A stretch of DNA of 61,482 nt, filler included. It is 7 parts of 7 records of this genome, joined end to end, with 100 filler letters (N's around TTAATTAATTAA, not from the genome) between each part and the next. Parts side by side here need not be neighbours in the genome. Positions count along the whole stretch, not along the records: positions 39,017 to 54,936 come from SRR31147125_69263; 6 more parts are not named here. One strand, written 5' to 3'. The position numbers were made by a program, and so were the translations under genes. Below, piece after piece: positions 40,207 to 52,162 of this stretch (position 1 is the stretch's first letter; each line of letters starts with the position of its first letter). The notes under the pieces were generated by a model that made no database searches, had not been told where the DNA came from, and was given only the letters and a program-made list of their open reading frames with translations.

Positions 40207-42771
40207 ATGAACAACCGTATTGCATATTTGAGAAATGAAAGTTTTAAGGCCCTTCCTTCCATCTCCATCGAACGGGCTGTTTTGACCACCCGATTTTATA
40301 AGGACAACCTGGGGAAACACTCCATCCCGGTGCTGCGCGCCCTCAATTTCAAACATCTGTGTGAAAACAAATCCATTTACATCGGTGAGGGAGAGCTGAT
40401 CGTTGGAGAACGAGGGCCGCATCCCAAAGCGGCCTCCACCTTTCCGGAGTTGAACTGTCACTCTGTGGCGGATCTCAAGACCCTGGACAGTCGGCCCATG
40501 ACTCCATTTAAGGTGGCTCCGGAAGATATTGAAACCTATAGAGAAGAGGTCATTCCCTATTGGAGAGGACGAACCATGCGGGATCGGGTGTTCGATCACG
40601 TGCCCGAAGAGTGGAAAGAGGCATACAAATCCGGGATGTTCACCGAATTCATGGAACAGCGCGCCCCCGGCCATACGACCCTTGACGGAGTCATTTACGA
40701 AAAGGGGATGCTCGATTTCAAAAAAGAGATTGCCGAGCATCTCGAACGTCTTGATTATCTAAACGATTCCGATGCGTTGGACAAGGCAGATGAGCTCAAA
40801 GCCATGGATATCTCCTGTGATGCCGTCATCATTTTTGCAGAGCGCCATGCTGAATTGGCTGAAAAAATGGCAAAGGCATTGGAAAGAGAAATTTCAGAAA
40901 AAGAAGATGGCACTGATGTCCCACCGTTGCATGATGAAAATGACGATGACGGGGAAGAAAAAGAGGATGCAAATGGCGATACCACATGGCGTGATAAACA
41001 AAAAAGAAGGGATGAGTTACTGAAGATTGCTGCAATTTGTCGCCGTGTTCCTGCTCATAGGCCGGAAACATTGTGGGAAGCCGTTCAGATGTACTGGTTT
41101 GTGCATCTTGGGACCATTACCGAGCTCAATGGGTGGGATGCCATGAGTCCCGGTCATCTGGATCAGCATCTGTTTCCATTTTACCAAAGGAGTTGGCTTT
41201 TGCTTTGGAAAAGAATGGAAATAAGAGTGGTGAAATCAATCATATAAATGGGGCTGAGTCAATTTATGGAAGTCCGGGATGGGAATGTTCAAGTGGAGAA
41301 AAAAATCAGGGATGAGGCCAAAGAGCTCATCAGCTGTCTTTGGATCAAGGTGAACAACCATCCCGCCCCCCCGAAAGTCGGGGTTACGGCCAAGGAGAGC
41401 GGGACCTACAACGATTTTACCAATATCAATCTGGGCGGCTTGAAGCGGGACGGCAGTGAGGGCAGCAATGAGCTATCCTATCTGATTCTGGAGATCATCG
41501 ATGAGTTGAAACTGCTTCAACCCCAGAGTAATGTGCAGATCAGTGAAAAGACGCCCCAGCGATTCTTGAAAGCGGCCTGCCGGGTGATTCGGCAAGGGTA
41601 CGGATATCCATCGGTGTTCAATGCAGATACGGTGGTGATGGAGCAGGTTCGTGCCGGTAAAAGCGTCGAAGATGCCAGGGAAGGGGGCTGCTCCGGCTGC
41701 ATCGAAACCGGCGCGTTCGGAAAGGAAGCCTATATTCTGACAGGCTATCTCAATGTCCCCAAAGTGCTGGAGTTGGCGTTGAATGACGGCTTTGATCCGG
41801 TGGGCAAACGACAAATCGGCCCAAAGACCGGAGATCCTAAAACCTTTAAACACTTTGATCAGCTCTATGATGCATTTTCGACCCAGCTTCACCACATCGT
41901 GGATCTTAAAATTCGAGTGAATAACTACATCGAGAAAATGTACGCCGAACACTCTCCGGCACCCTTTCTCTCCGTCGTTATCCGGGACTGCATCGAGAAG
42001 GGACGAGACTACTACAACGGCGGCCCCCGATACAACACCAACTATATCCAATGCTGCGGCATCGGCACCATTACCGACAGTTTGTCGGCCATTAAAAAAC
42101 ATGTCTTTGATGAGAAAACCGTCACCATGGAGACGCTTCTTGGCGCACTAGCCGACAATTTCGAGGGGGATGAGCCCCTTCGGATGCGCTTTTGGAATAT
42201 GACGCCCTTTTTCGGAAATGACGACGACGCTGCCGATAACATCATGAAACAGGTGTACGCATCGCTGTTCGATGCCATTGACGGAAAGCCCAACACCAAA
42301 GGCACCGTCTACCACCTCAACATGCTCTCCACCACCTGCCATGTCTATTTCGGTAAGATGCTGGGAGCCACCCCAAACGGTCGGTATGCCGGAACTCCAA
42401 TGTCCGACGGCACCTCTCCCTCCCATGGGGCGGATCGCAACGGCCCCACCGCGGTGATTAAATCCCTTAGTAAGATGGATCAGTTCAAGTCGGGCGGTAC
42501 CCTTCTCAACCAGCGGTTTTTGCCCGATGTGTTGAAAGAAGAGTCGGATCTGGATAAACTGACTGCACTGATCCGAACCTACTTCAAATTGGATGGTCAT
42601 CACATTCAGTTCAATGTGGTGGATACCGAGACCTTGAGACAGGCACAGAAAACACCGGATGAGTATCGAAATCTCTTGGTGAGGGTGGCCGGTTACAGTG
42701 ACTACTTTGTGGACCTGGATGACGATCATCAGCAGGAAATCATTCAGCGCCGGGAACATGAGGCGTTTTAA
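40207..42771 (+). CDS. hypD: trans-4-hydroxy-L-proline dehydratase (glycyl radical enzyme); interrupted by a stop at 41245 inside a non-conserved insertion
   Basis: EQRAPGHT, WDAMSPG, KESGTYNDF, SGCIETG, YILTGY, MLSTTCH and RVAGYS match the HypD active-site motif set as I recall it; AAGGAG RBS. Confidence 0.82.
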
Positions 42772-42797
42772 GGCCGTGATTTTTTTCAGTTAAGGAA

Positions 42798-45700
42798 TTG
42801 CAATTGAAGTGGACTCTCTTCTCGCTAATCCTCTTCCTCATACCATGGGGAGTGGGGATGGATTGGAATTATGCTGAAGCGTTCGACGCATCGAACGAAA
42901 CAGACAGGTCCACGCAAGTTGGCCGTGAAGCGTCGATACCGGGAAGGGGAACCGGCAAGCAGGTAAGACTGCGACTACCATCCCAATCCCTGTCCACCCC
43001 GAAAAAGGATGAAATTTCTTCTCCATCCGTCACGGGAACCGCTGACGCCGAAGCCCGAGGATCGATTCTAAAGATTGCCTATTGCAATTTCATGCCGCTC
43101 TACTTCGAGGGGATGGATGGCTCACCCAGGGGAATTTTAGTCGATTTCTGGAAAATGTGGGCCCGGAAAGCCGATGTACCGGTCTCTTTCGTGCTGATGC
43201 CCTGGGACGAAAGCCTCAAAGCCGTTCAAAACGGGGATGCCGATATCAATGCCATGATGTTTCGCTCCCCCCACCGTGAGCCCCATTTCGATTTCAGCGA
43301 TGCCATTTTCCATCTCTCCGGATTTATGTATCATTCGGTTGACGTTTCCCCTCCAGGATCGGTGGATAGCCTTGCAGGACGCCGTATCGGGGTTGTCAAC
43401 GGGGAATACACTTTGGAATTTCTAGCGCTTCATCAACCCGATGCGATCATCAAAACCTATCCCAGCCATGAATCCCTCATCATCGCCACACTTGATGGCG
43501 AGATCGAAGTGTTTGTCATGGAGGCACCGGTGGCCTCCACCTACATTGCCAAACACGATGCATTGGGAAGGATCGAAAAAGTGGCCATTCCCCTCTACAC
43601 CAAACCGGTCCATGCCGGTGTGAAGAAGGGGAATCAAATTCTACTTCATCTCATCAACCGCGGATTTGCCGCCATGACAAAGGATGAGATCGACGGCGTC
43701 ATGGCCGATTGGACCGGTACCCCCCGCCAGGCCGGATGGCAGGCAAAAAAAGAGACCGATCAAATCCGGATCGTCACCAGTCTTGACAACATCCCTTACC
43801 ATTTTGCCGACGAAACCGGAGAGGCGGCCGGACTTCTTGTGGATTTGTGGCGACTTTGGGGTAAAAAAAGCGGTATCGACATCCGTTTCACCAGTGTCCC
43901 CTGGTCGGAAAGTTTGGATATGGTACGGGATGGGCGTGCCGATATTCACGCCGGATGCTTTTTCTCCACTCAGCGGGATACCTATCTCGACTATGCCACC
44001 TCTTTTTTGATTAACTGTGAAACCCACTTTTTTTTCCATGAATCCATTTTCGGTCTCAAACATATCGAAGATTTGGCAAGCTTTAAAATCGGTCTGCTCA
44101 AAGCCGATTATGCCGAGGAATTCGTCCACCGCGAACTGCCCGGGGCTGAACCGGCACTTGTGAAATACGACAGCCACCGCTCTTTGATGGAGGGCGTGGA
44201 AAACGGTGAGGTGAAAGTCTTCATATGTGATACGCCTGCAGCGCTCTATCTGTTGGCTGAAAAGCATCTGCTCCATAAATTTCAATACCATCAGCTTGAA
44301 CCGCTTTATAAAAATGATTTTTATGCGGCGGTCAAAGAGGGAAACAAGGCGCTTATCTCTAAAATTGAAGAGGGGTTGAGCAAGATTACACCGAAGGAAC
44401 GGGTGGCCATTGAGCGCAGATGGATGGGGGGATCGGGGCTTCAGCGGGGGAATCGTCTGGTGGTGGCCGTGGAGCGGGCTTTTCCGCCATTCAGCATGCT
44501 CAACGCCAATGGAAGGCCGTCGGGAATGCTCATTGAGATTTGGGAGAAGTGGGCCGAAAAGGTGGGTGCGGAGGTGGAGTTTCGTCAAATGGATCGGCTT
44601 GATGCGCAAAATGCGTTGAAAGACGGTATTGTCGATATTCTCTCCACGTTTCCGGAACAAGGGCAACTGAGTGGATGGGCCGGTGTTTCCGAGCCGTTCT
44701 TGACGTTGAACTGGCAGTTCTACATTGTCAATGACAAACTGGAAATCAAAACGATTGAGGGCCGGATAGAGAGAATGACCCGCAGGGAGCGGGGCGTCAA
44801 TGATGATGATCATGATGAGCGCTCACATATATCGGCAGATCCTTTCTTAGATGTTGCCGTTTTGCCGTCTGATGATCCGTCGAAATCGAGAAAAATATCA
44901 GAGAGTCAATGGAAAAGCTCGATTTGGGGGTGGTGGAAGGTACTTGGGCAAATGCCTGGTTGAATCAAAAAATGTCATCAGTGAGCAGGCAGGGGGAATT
45001 TCGGCGGAAACCGGAGAAGCGGATAATATCATTTGACAGTACCCGCGAAATGATTTTGGCGGCTGAGGCCGATGAGATAGATATGTTCATGGGGAATCCG
45101 CAAGAGATTACAAGCCATCTCAATCAACTGGGAATGCCGGAGAGATTCAGGAAAGTTCAAACGCTATCCATCTCTCAAGAAGGCGTCGCTGCCATTCGAA
45201 ACTTCAATCCCGGATTGATCTCACGGATCAACACCGGGATGGCAAGCTTTTCTGAGGATGAACTTGATCAGATGCGTAGAAAATGGTTTTCCGGCGCCAT
45301 GGAAAAAGGATTCGAATCCGCATATGTTCGACAGCTGTTGTTAAAAATTGCCATTGGCGGACTCTTTCTGTTCCTTTTGCTTCTGTTTTGGAATCGTCAG
45401 ATACGATTGAAAGAGAGGGCCATGAGGGAGGCTCGGGAGGCGGCGGAATCGGCCAATCGTGCGAAAAGTGAATTTCTGGCCGGGTTAAGTCATGAAGTCC
45501 GGACACCTCTCAATGCGATTTTGGGAATGACGGAAATTACCTTGGGGTCCCGGCTCGATCCTCAGCAAAAAAAGAATCTCAATGTGGTGAAAACATCTGC
45601 ACGGCACCTTCTTGGCGTTCTCAACGACATCTTGGAGTTATCCACCATCGAAGCGGGAAAATCAAAGGTGCATTCCGTCGTTTTTGATCTGGACGAAATG

Positions 45701-47323
45701 TTGGAAGGGATTGTTCACACTTACAGGTATTCGGATCAGGCCCTTAAAAAAGGGCTTGGGATATTTCTTGATGTCGAAAAAAGTAAGGATTTCGATGAAA
45801 AACTAGGGGTTTATGTCGGAGATCCTGTAAAAATCAGGCAAATTCTGGGAAACCTCTTGGATAATGCCGTCAAATTTACACCGGCAGGGTCTGTTCGGGT
45901 TCACGTTGAGCAAAAAAGAGCAACGCAATTGTTCGATCGGAAGTCTGTTGACCGGAATCGGAATGATAAAAATACGGAAAAGGTTGAAAAAGAGAGGGGG
46001 CAAAAGAAAACCATTCACAGAGTCCGGTTTACCGTTCAGGATACGGGGATTGGAATTCCCGAAGAAAAACAAAAGATGATCTTTGACAGCTTTACCCAGG
46101 CCGAAGGATCCACCACCCGAAAATACGGAGGAACAGGTCTGGGGCTGGCCATCTGTAAAGAGACGGCTCAATTGATGGGAGGGATATTGACGCTTCAAAG
46201 TAGACCGGGGCAGGGGAGTTTGTTTACTTTGTCACTTCCTTTGGAAAAAGCAAGTGTTTCGGAAAGCGCCTCCTATCCCCCTTCTTCTGCTCTTTCTGAT
46301 GACCAGGGGGGCATTCCGACGGGCAAGGTCACTTTATCGGTCAAGATCGTTCCACAGGTGTGCCTGGTGAAAAAACAAATGATGGGTCTATCATGCGTCA
46401 CTTGTTGTCCGCTGCCAAACAAAATATGGGGGGGGCTCTCAAGGTGTTGGTGGTCGAAGATTGTCATGTCAATGCGGAGGTGGCCATGGCGTATCTTGGC
46501 GACATGTTAGGTCACGATGCGGTGGCTGTCCGTAGTGGAGAAGAGGCGATGCGGCTTCTTCAAAAGGAAGATTTTGGGATGATCTTCATGGATATTGAGA
46601 TGCCAGACATGGACGGGCTGGAAGTGACTCGGCGCATTCGAGGGGGCTGCCGGAGAGCGGTATCGAACGATCCCCATCATTGCCATGACCGCCCATGTTT
46701 TGGAAGAGTATCGCGAAAAATGCAGTGACGTTGGAATGGATGATTTTATTGAAAAGCCGGTTGAAATTATGCAACTTCAGGACATCATGGAAAAATATTG
46801 GGATGCCGTGTTGAAAAAAGTGAGCGATCACTATGAATTTGAAAAAAATTCGACGGTAAAAGACCAAACCCTGCCCCTGGATAATTCCCTGCCGGTGCTG
46901 GATGAGAAAGAGGGTTTGAAACTCTTTGCAAACAACCGGCAGCTATTGGAGAAGATTTACGGCATCTTTCTCACGGAAACGCCTCGGTTGATGGAAACGC
47001 TTGAAGCTGCTTTGGCAGACAAAGAGGGGAGGAAAGGTCAAGCGGTTAGGGAACGTAAAGAGAAGAAAAAAGGTAAAGCGGATAACGATGGTGGAGAAAA
47101 TAAATATACTGAAAGGACCCGACTGGCTGCCCATACATTGAAGGGAGCCTGTGCCCGAATTTGTGCCATGCGTTCAAAACAGCGTTTTCAGGATCTTGAA
47201 TATGCCGCCAAAGACCGTGAAGTGGAGAAACTTGACGCTTTGGGACGTGCGGCTTTATCTGAAGTAAAAAAAGTGATAATAAAGCTTGAAAAACAACTGG
47301 ATGATTCAAAAGAGCGGGGTTGA
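42798..47323 (+). CDS. BvgS/EvgS-like hybrid sensor kinase: 3x SBP_bac_3, TM, HisKA, HATPase, REC, Hpt (three frameshifts near homopolymer runs)
   Basis: Three P(Y/F)..G...G.L.(D/E).W..W binding-protein repeats; [38 protein letters not shown]. Frame changes at ~44895, ~46310 and ~46645. Confidence 0.82.
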
Positions 47324-47372
47324 TGATAACATCAACCTCGAATTTCCCTTAATCGAAGGTACACGATAAATC

Positions 47373-48779
47373 TTGCTCTCTATTCCAACAAAAAATACCC
47401 CCATCCTGATTGTCGATGACGATCCAGGATTTCTGCTGACCATCAAAGAGGTGCTTCTGGCAACAGGCATGCCTGAACCGGCATTGGTGTCCGACAGTCG
47501 CCGGGTGATGGACCTGCTTCAAAACCATCCCGATCAATTTCAGTTCATTTTGCTCGATCTGATGATGCCTCATCTGTCCGGAATGGAGCTGCTTACTCAA
47601 ATCAAGTCGGACTATTTTGATATCCAATGCGTCATGGTGACGGCCCACGAAGAGATTGAATCGGCGGTGGAAGCCATGAAAGTGGGGGCCTATGATTTTC
47701 TTACAAAACCGGTGTCGGCAGAGAAATTGGTCATCCTGATCAAGCGTGCCATGGAGCAATATTGCCTCAGAAATGGTCTTTCGTTGTTCGAGCGGAAAAA
47801 GACACTTACCAAATTGAAACGCCCCGAAGCATTCAGTGATATGGTGGCGGTGGATCATGCCATGGCAAGAGTACTTCGTCAGGTGGAGATTGTGGCCCCC
47901 ACGGAATACAGTGTGGTGATCACCGGAGAGTCGGGCACCGGCAAGGAGATGATCGCTCAGAAAATTCACCTGGTCAGCAATCGCTCGGATGGTCCGTTTC
48001 AAGCGGTCAATATGGGGGCCGTAAGTGAGACGTTATTCAAAGATGAGTTGTTCGGCCATCGAAAAGGGGCCTATACCGGCGCTGCAGCTGATAAAAAGGG
48101 GTTTTTCGAGTCTGCCCGAGGGGGAACGCTTTTTTTGGATGAGATTACGGATTTGGATATCTCTCTTCAAGGAGGACTTTTGCGGGTCATCCAGGAAAAA
48201 GAGTTTTATCGCCTGGGAAGCACGACAACAGTGGATGTGGATGTCCGGATGCTGGTGGCCACCAACCGGGATGTAGGCATAGAGATCGAAGAGGGGCGGT
48301 TCCGAGCGGATCTCTTTCATCGGCTCAATATGTTTCATATCGATATCCCGCCCCTTCGAGAACGTCGTGATGATATTGTTCCGCTGGCTCGGCTTTTCAT
48401 GGAAGAGTACGCCGGGGAAACCAATAAGAAAATATCCGATATTTCGGATGACTTGGCCGATTACCTGGTGAACTACTCTTTTCCCGGGAACGTTCGGGAA
48501 CTGAGAAACATGATGGCTTCGGCCGTATTGATGGAGAAATATGATCGATTGTCTTTGGCGTCCCTTGCCGCCCATTCCTCCGGTCCGTCCCAACTGACGG
48601 ATGAAAAAACGGATGAAAAACAGGTTGGAGGATTGAGACCGTTGGCGGAAGTTGAAAAAGCGCACATTTTATATGTACTTGAGACATTGGACGGCAATAG
48701 AACCCAGGCCGCTAAAGTATTGGGAATCGGTCGAAAAACCCTCCAACGAAAATTAAAGAGTTACGGAATAAATCAATAA
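47373..48779 (+). CDS. Sigma54-dependent NtrC-family response regulator
   Basis: REC, GESGTGKE, GAYTGA, LFLDEI, FPGNVREL, Fis-type HTH (GNRTQAAKVLGI). Confidence 0.93.
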   Translation: MLSIPTKNTPILIVDDDPGFLLTIKEVLLATGMPEPALVSDSRRVMDLLQNHPDQFQFILLDLMMPHLSGMELLTQIKSDYFDIQCVMVTAHEEIESAVEAMKVGAYDFLTKPVSAEKLVILIKRAMEQYCLRNGLSLFERKKTLTKLKRPEAFSDMVAVDHAMARVLRQVEIVAPTEYSVVITGESGTGKEMIAQKIHLVSNRSDGPFQAVNMGAVSETLFKDELFGHRKGAYTGAAADKKGFFESARGGTLFLDEITDLDISLQGGLLRVIQEKEFYRLGSTTTVDVDVRMLVATNRDVGIEIEEGRFRADLFHRLNMFHIDIPPLRERRDDIVPLARLFMEEYAGETNKKISDISDDLADYLVNYSFPGNVRELRNMMASAVLMEKYDRLSLASLAAHSSGPSQLTDEKTDEKQVGGLRPLAEVEKAHILYVLETLDGNRTQAAKVLGIGRKTLQRKLKSYGINQ

Positions 48780-48855
48780 CCCCGCTCATCAGCGGCTCGG
48801 ATGCGGTTGATAAAAACGTCAACGCGAAAAAATGAGAAAAAGGAAATAGGATACC

Positions 48856-50712
48856 ATGTCGGTTGAATTGACATCCGAAATGATGATTGTCTTCGGTTTT
48901 CTGATTGCCGTGACCTTGTTGTTCATATTTGAAATTGTCAGGGTCGATATGGTGGGCCTGTTAATGATCGTACTGCTTCCCATCACAGGGGTATTGGATC
49001 CGGCCCTTGCCATCAGCGGTCTCAGCTCCAATGCGGTGGTCTCCATCATCGCGGTGATCATCATCGGACATGGACTCGATTCAACGGGAGTCATGAATGT
49101 GTTTGCCAGGTATATTGTCAAATTTGCCGGGAAAAACGAAGTGCGCATCATGACACTGATCTCTGCAACCGTGGCCTTTATATCGAGTTTCATGCAAAAC
49201 ATCGGGGCTGCCGCGCTGTTTCTTCCGGCAGCCAATCGGATGTGTCGCCAGCTCAATGTGCCGGTATCGCGGATTCTGATGCCCATGGGGTTTTGCGCCG
49301 TCATCGGCGGATGTCTCACCCTTGTGGGATCCAGCCCGTTGATTCTGTTGAACGACCTCATGGCCTCCTGGTGGGCAAACAATGCCGCAGCTGTGGATGG
49401 AAAACCGTTTGAGCCTTTCGGCCTCTTCAGCGTCTCTCCCATTGGAATTGCCCTTATCAGCTCAGCCATTCTCTATTTTGTTCTCTTTGGACGGTTTGTG
49501 TTGCCCGATAAAAAAGGTGAAAAAGAGACGTGCCGTCTGCTGGATAAGGATCTTGAGTTCGCGTATGGAAAGGAGATTCGCGCCACCTATGAATTGATCG
49601 TCCCTGACAATTTCGAGACCCGGAGATTGGATGAGCTGAAGATCCGCCCCCGATATCACACCACCGTGATCTGCATCAGCAAAATGGCCGGTCGACATCA
49701 GATCAAGGTACCGGCCCGCGGGGATATCATCGAACCGGGGGACCGGGTGGGGGTGATCAGCAACAAGGAGCATGTGGAGAAACTGTCTGAGGAAATGGGA
49801 TGGGCGTTGCTGGATGATCTGGACAGTCTCAGTGAAGTGCTCTCTCCGGACAACTCAGGGATTACCGAAGCCATTGTGACCCCCCGATCGGAGCTGGTGG
49901 GAAAAACGCTGTATCAAGTCTATTTTCGAAAAAGATACCAGGTAAGCCCGTTGGCGCTGTTTCGCATGGACAAGGTATTTATCGAGGATATCTCCGAGAT
50001 GAAAATTCAACCGGGGGATGCCTTTTTGCTCCATGGCGAGTGGGAAAAATTTCATCTGCTTCAAAAAAAACACGATCTGGCGTTCCATGAACATATCCAC
50101 GGTGAGGTCACCCATCCGGAAAAGGCGGGAGTTGCCATCGCATCCCTGGTCCTGGCACTCTATCTTGCATTGGGGATGAAGATGCAGCTCTCCATCTCAC
50201 TGTTGACCGGTGCCGTCAGCATGATTTTAACCCGTGTGATCACTGTTGATGACGCGTACCGAAGCGTGGATTGGATGACGGTATTTCTTCTGGCCGGGCT
50301 GATCCCTTTGGGACTTGCCTTTGAAAAGACCGGAGCGGCGTATTATCTATCCGCATCCATTGCCGATATCTTGCAGGGTGCCTTGACCCCGTTGGTGTGT
50401 CTGCTGCTCATCGGGCTGTTGACATCATTTTTCACATTGGTGATGTCCAATGTCGGCGCCACGGTACTCATGATTCCCCTTGCCATGAACATGGCTTTGC
50501 AGTGTGGGACAGATCCCAGGATTGCCGCCCTTTTGGTGGCGGTGGCTGCGTCCAACACATTTATTCTGCCCACCCATCAGGTCAATGCCCTCATCATGCG
50601 GCCCGGCGGCTATAAAGTGAAAGATTATGTTCGGGCGGGTACCGGTATGACAGGGCTTTTCATCGTTGTGGTGATGATCATGCTCTATCTGTTTTACGGG
50701 GTTTATACTTGA
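48856..50712 (+). CDS. SLC13/CitMHS-type permease with TrkA-C domains
   Basis: Multi-TM N- and C-halves (SSFMQNIG, GSSP, SNVGAT, PTHQVN..PGGY) around a soluble TrkA-C pair. Confidence 0.88.
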   Translation: MSVELTSEMMIVFGFLIAVTLLFIFEIVRVDMVGLLMIVLLPITGVLDPALAISGLSSNAVVSIIAVIIIGHGLDSTGVMNVFARYIVKFAGKNEVRIMTLISATVAFISSFMQNIGAAALFLPAANRMCRQLNVPVSRILMPMGFCAVIGGCLTLVGSSPLILLNDLMASWWANNAAAVDGKPFEPFGLFSVSPIGIALISSAILYFVLFGRFVLPDKKGEKETCRLLDKDLEFAYGKEIRATYELIVPDNFETRRLDELKIRPRYHTTVICISKMAGRHQIKVPARGDIIEPGDRVGVISNKEHVEKLSEEMGWALLDDLDSLSEVLSPDNSGITEAIVTPRSELVGKTLYQVYFRKRYQVSPLALFRMDKVFIEDISEMKIQPGDAFLLHGEWEKFHLLQKKHDLAFHEHIHGEVTHPEKAGVAIASLVLALYLALGMKMQLSISLLTGAVSMILTRVITVDDAYRSVDWMTVFLLAGLIPLGLAFEKTGAAYYLSASIADILQGALTPLVCLLLIGLLTSFFTLVMSNVGATVLMIPLAMNMALQCGTDPRIAALLVAVAASNTFILPTHQVNALIMRPGGYKVKDYVRAGTGMTGLFIVVVMIMLYLFYGVYT

Positions 50713-50762
50713 TTTTAATGATAATCGGCTGACGACCGAGGAAAAATAAAGACGCATTACCC

Positions 50763-52079
50763 ATGAAAATTCTGTATTATGACTGTTTCTCAGGAATCAG
50801 CGGCGATATGAACCTGGCCGCCATGATCGATCTCGGCATTGACGCGGAATATTTACGCAGCGAGCTCTCCAAACTCGGACTTGATGACGAGTTCGAATTA
50901 AAAATATCTAAGGATTCCAGAAAAGGAATTTTCGGAACACGCGTGGATGTCATCCTCAAGCATGCGCATGAGCATGGTGCCCATACCCATCACACCCATT
51001 CCCATGAACATCGCACTCTTAAAGATATTGAATCATTGATCGAACAAAGCGTTTTGGAGGATGGGGTAAAAAAGACCGCTTGCGATATATTTAGAAAAGT
51101 TGCCGAAGCAGAAGCAAACGTACATGGAAAAGCGCTTTATGAGGTTCATTTCCACGAAGTCGGGGCGACGGATTCCATTGTGGATATTGTGGGAGCTGCC
51201 ATCTGCTTTCATGCACTCAAGGTCGATGCGGTCTGGTGTTCATCCGTAGAGTTGGGAGGCGGTTTTATCAAATGCGCCCACGGAACCATGCCGGTTCCGG
51301 CCCCTGCCACGGCAGAGATCCTCCATGGATGTCCCACAACCCGGGGAGCGGTGAAAAAAGAGGCCACCACGCCGACCGGAGCGGCTATTGTTGCCGCTCT
51401 GGCGGATCGATTTACGGATACTCCGAAGTTTTCCGTGGATAAAACCGCATACGGGGTTGGCCATCGCGATACACGGATTCCCAATCTTCTACGGGTTCAT
51501 ATGGCCACTCCAGTGGACGCTGCCGTTTTAAGAGATAATTCAGAGAATCTTGAAGATTCAAACGATCATGGGGGCGGTGAAGAGGTGCCGGTTGAGTTTC
51601 AATCCGCAACGGAAAATGAACAGCAAGCGGACAATGGTTGGAAAATCCTTTCGGCGAGACTTCTGCAATGCAATATCGACGACATGACCGGTGAAATGCT
51701 CGGTGTGGTGATGGATAAATTGATGGAAGAAGGGGCCATGGATGTGCACTTCACCCCCATTATGATGAAGAAGAACCGCCCGGCCACGTCAATATCATTG
51801 CTCTGCAGTACCGAGGAAGAAGCGCGCTTCAAACGCATTCTTTTTCAGCATACCACAACGCTGGGGATCAAAAGTATTCCCATAGAAAAGACGGAGCTTG
51901 TCATTTCATTTGACAAATTAGAGACCCCATTGGGCAGTGTTAAAATGAAAAATGCAGTAATGAATGGAAAAGTGATTCGATCCAAACCGGAACTGGAGGA
52001 TTGTAAAGCCCTATCAAAGCGGCATGATATGCCGCTGGGAGATGTCTACCTTCAAATTGGAAAGCACCGGACGCATTGA
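50763..52079 (+). CDS. larC: Nickel-pincer cofactor nickel insertase LarC
   Basis: DCFSGISGDM, His-rich loop, VHFHEVGATDS, PVPAPAT, TPTGAA, NIDDM, MKKNRP. Confidence 0.92.
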   Translation: MKILYYDCFSGISGDMNLAAMIDLGIDAEYLRSELSKLGLDDEFELKISKDSRKGIFGTRVDVILKHAHEHGAHTHHTHSHEHRTLKDIESLIEQSVLEDGVKKTACDIFRKVAEAEANVHGKALYEVHFHEVGATDSIVDIVGAAICFHALKVDAVWCSSVELGGGFIKCAHGTMPVPAPATAEILHGCPTTRGAVKKEATTPTGAAIVAALADRFTDTPKFSVDKTAYGVGHRDTRIPNLLRVHMATPVDAAVLRDNSENLEDSNDHGGGEEVPVEFQSATENEQQADNGWKILSARLLQCNIDDMTGEMLGVVMDKLMEEGAMDVHFTPIMMKKNRPATSISLLCSTEEEARFKRILFQHTTTLGIKSIPIEKTELVISFDKLETPLGSVKMKNAVMNGKVIRSKPELEDCKALSKRHDMPLGDVYLQIGKHRTH

Positions 52080-52162
52080 GGCGCTGCATTGAGATATGAC
52101 CCCAAATGCAGAACCTGTCGAAGTTTCGGAAAGTGAATGGAAACGTGGGTGGGAGAATGATG

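Noticed and set aside
40207-42771. Pyruvate formate-lyase or choline TMA-lyase call
   Set aside because: Lacks the PFL adjacent Cys-Cys pair and the GCVEP context; motifs fit HypD
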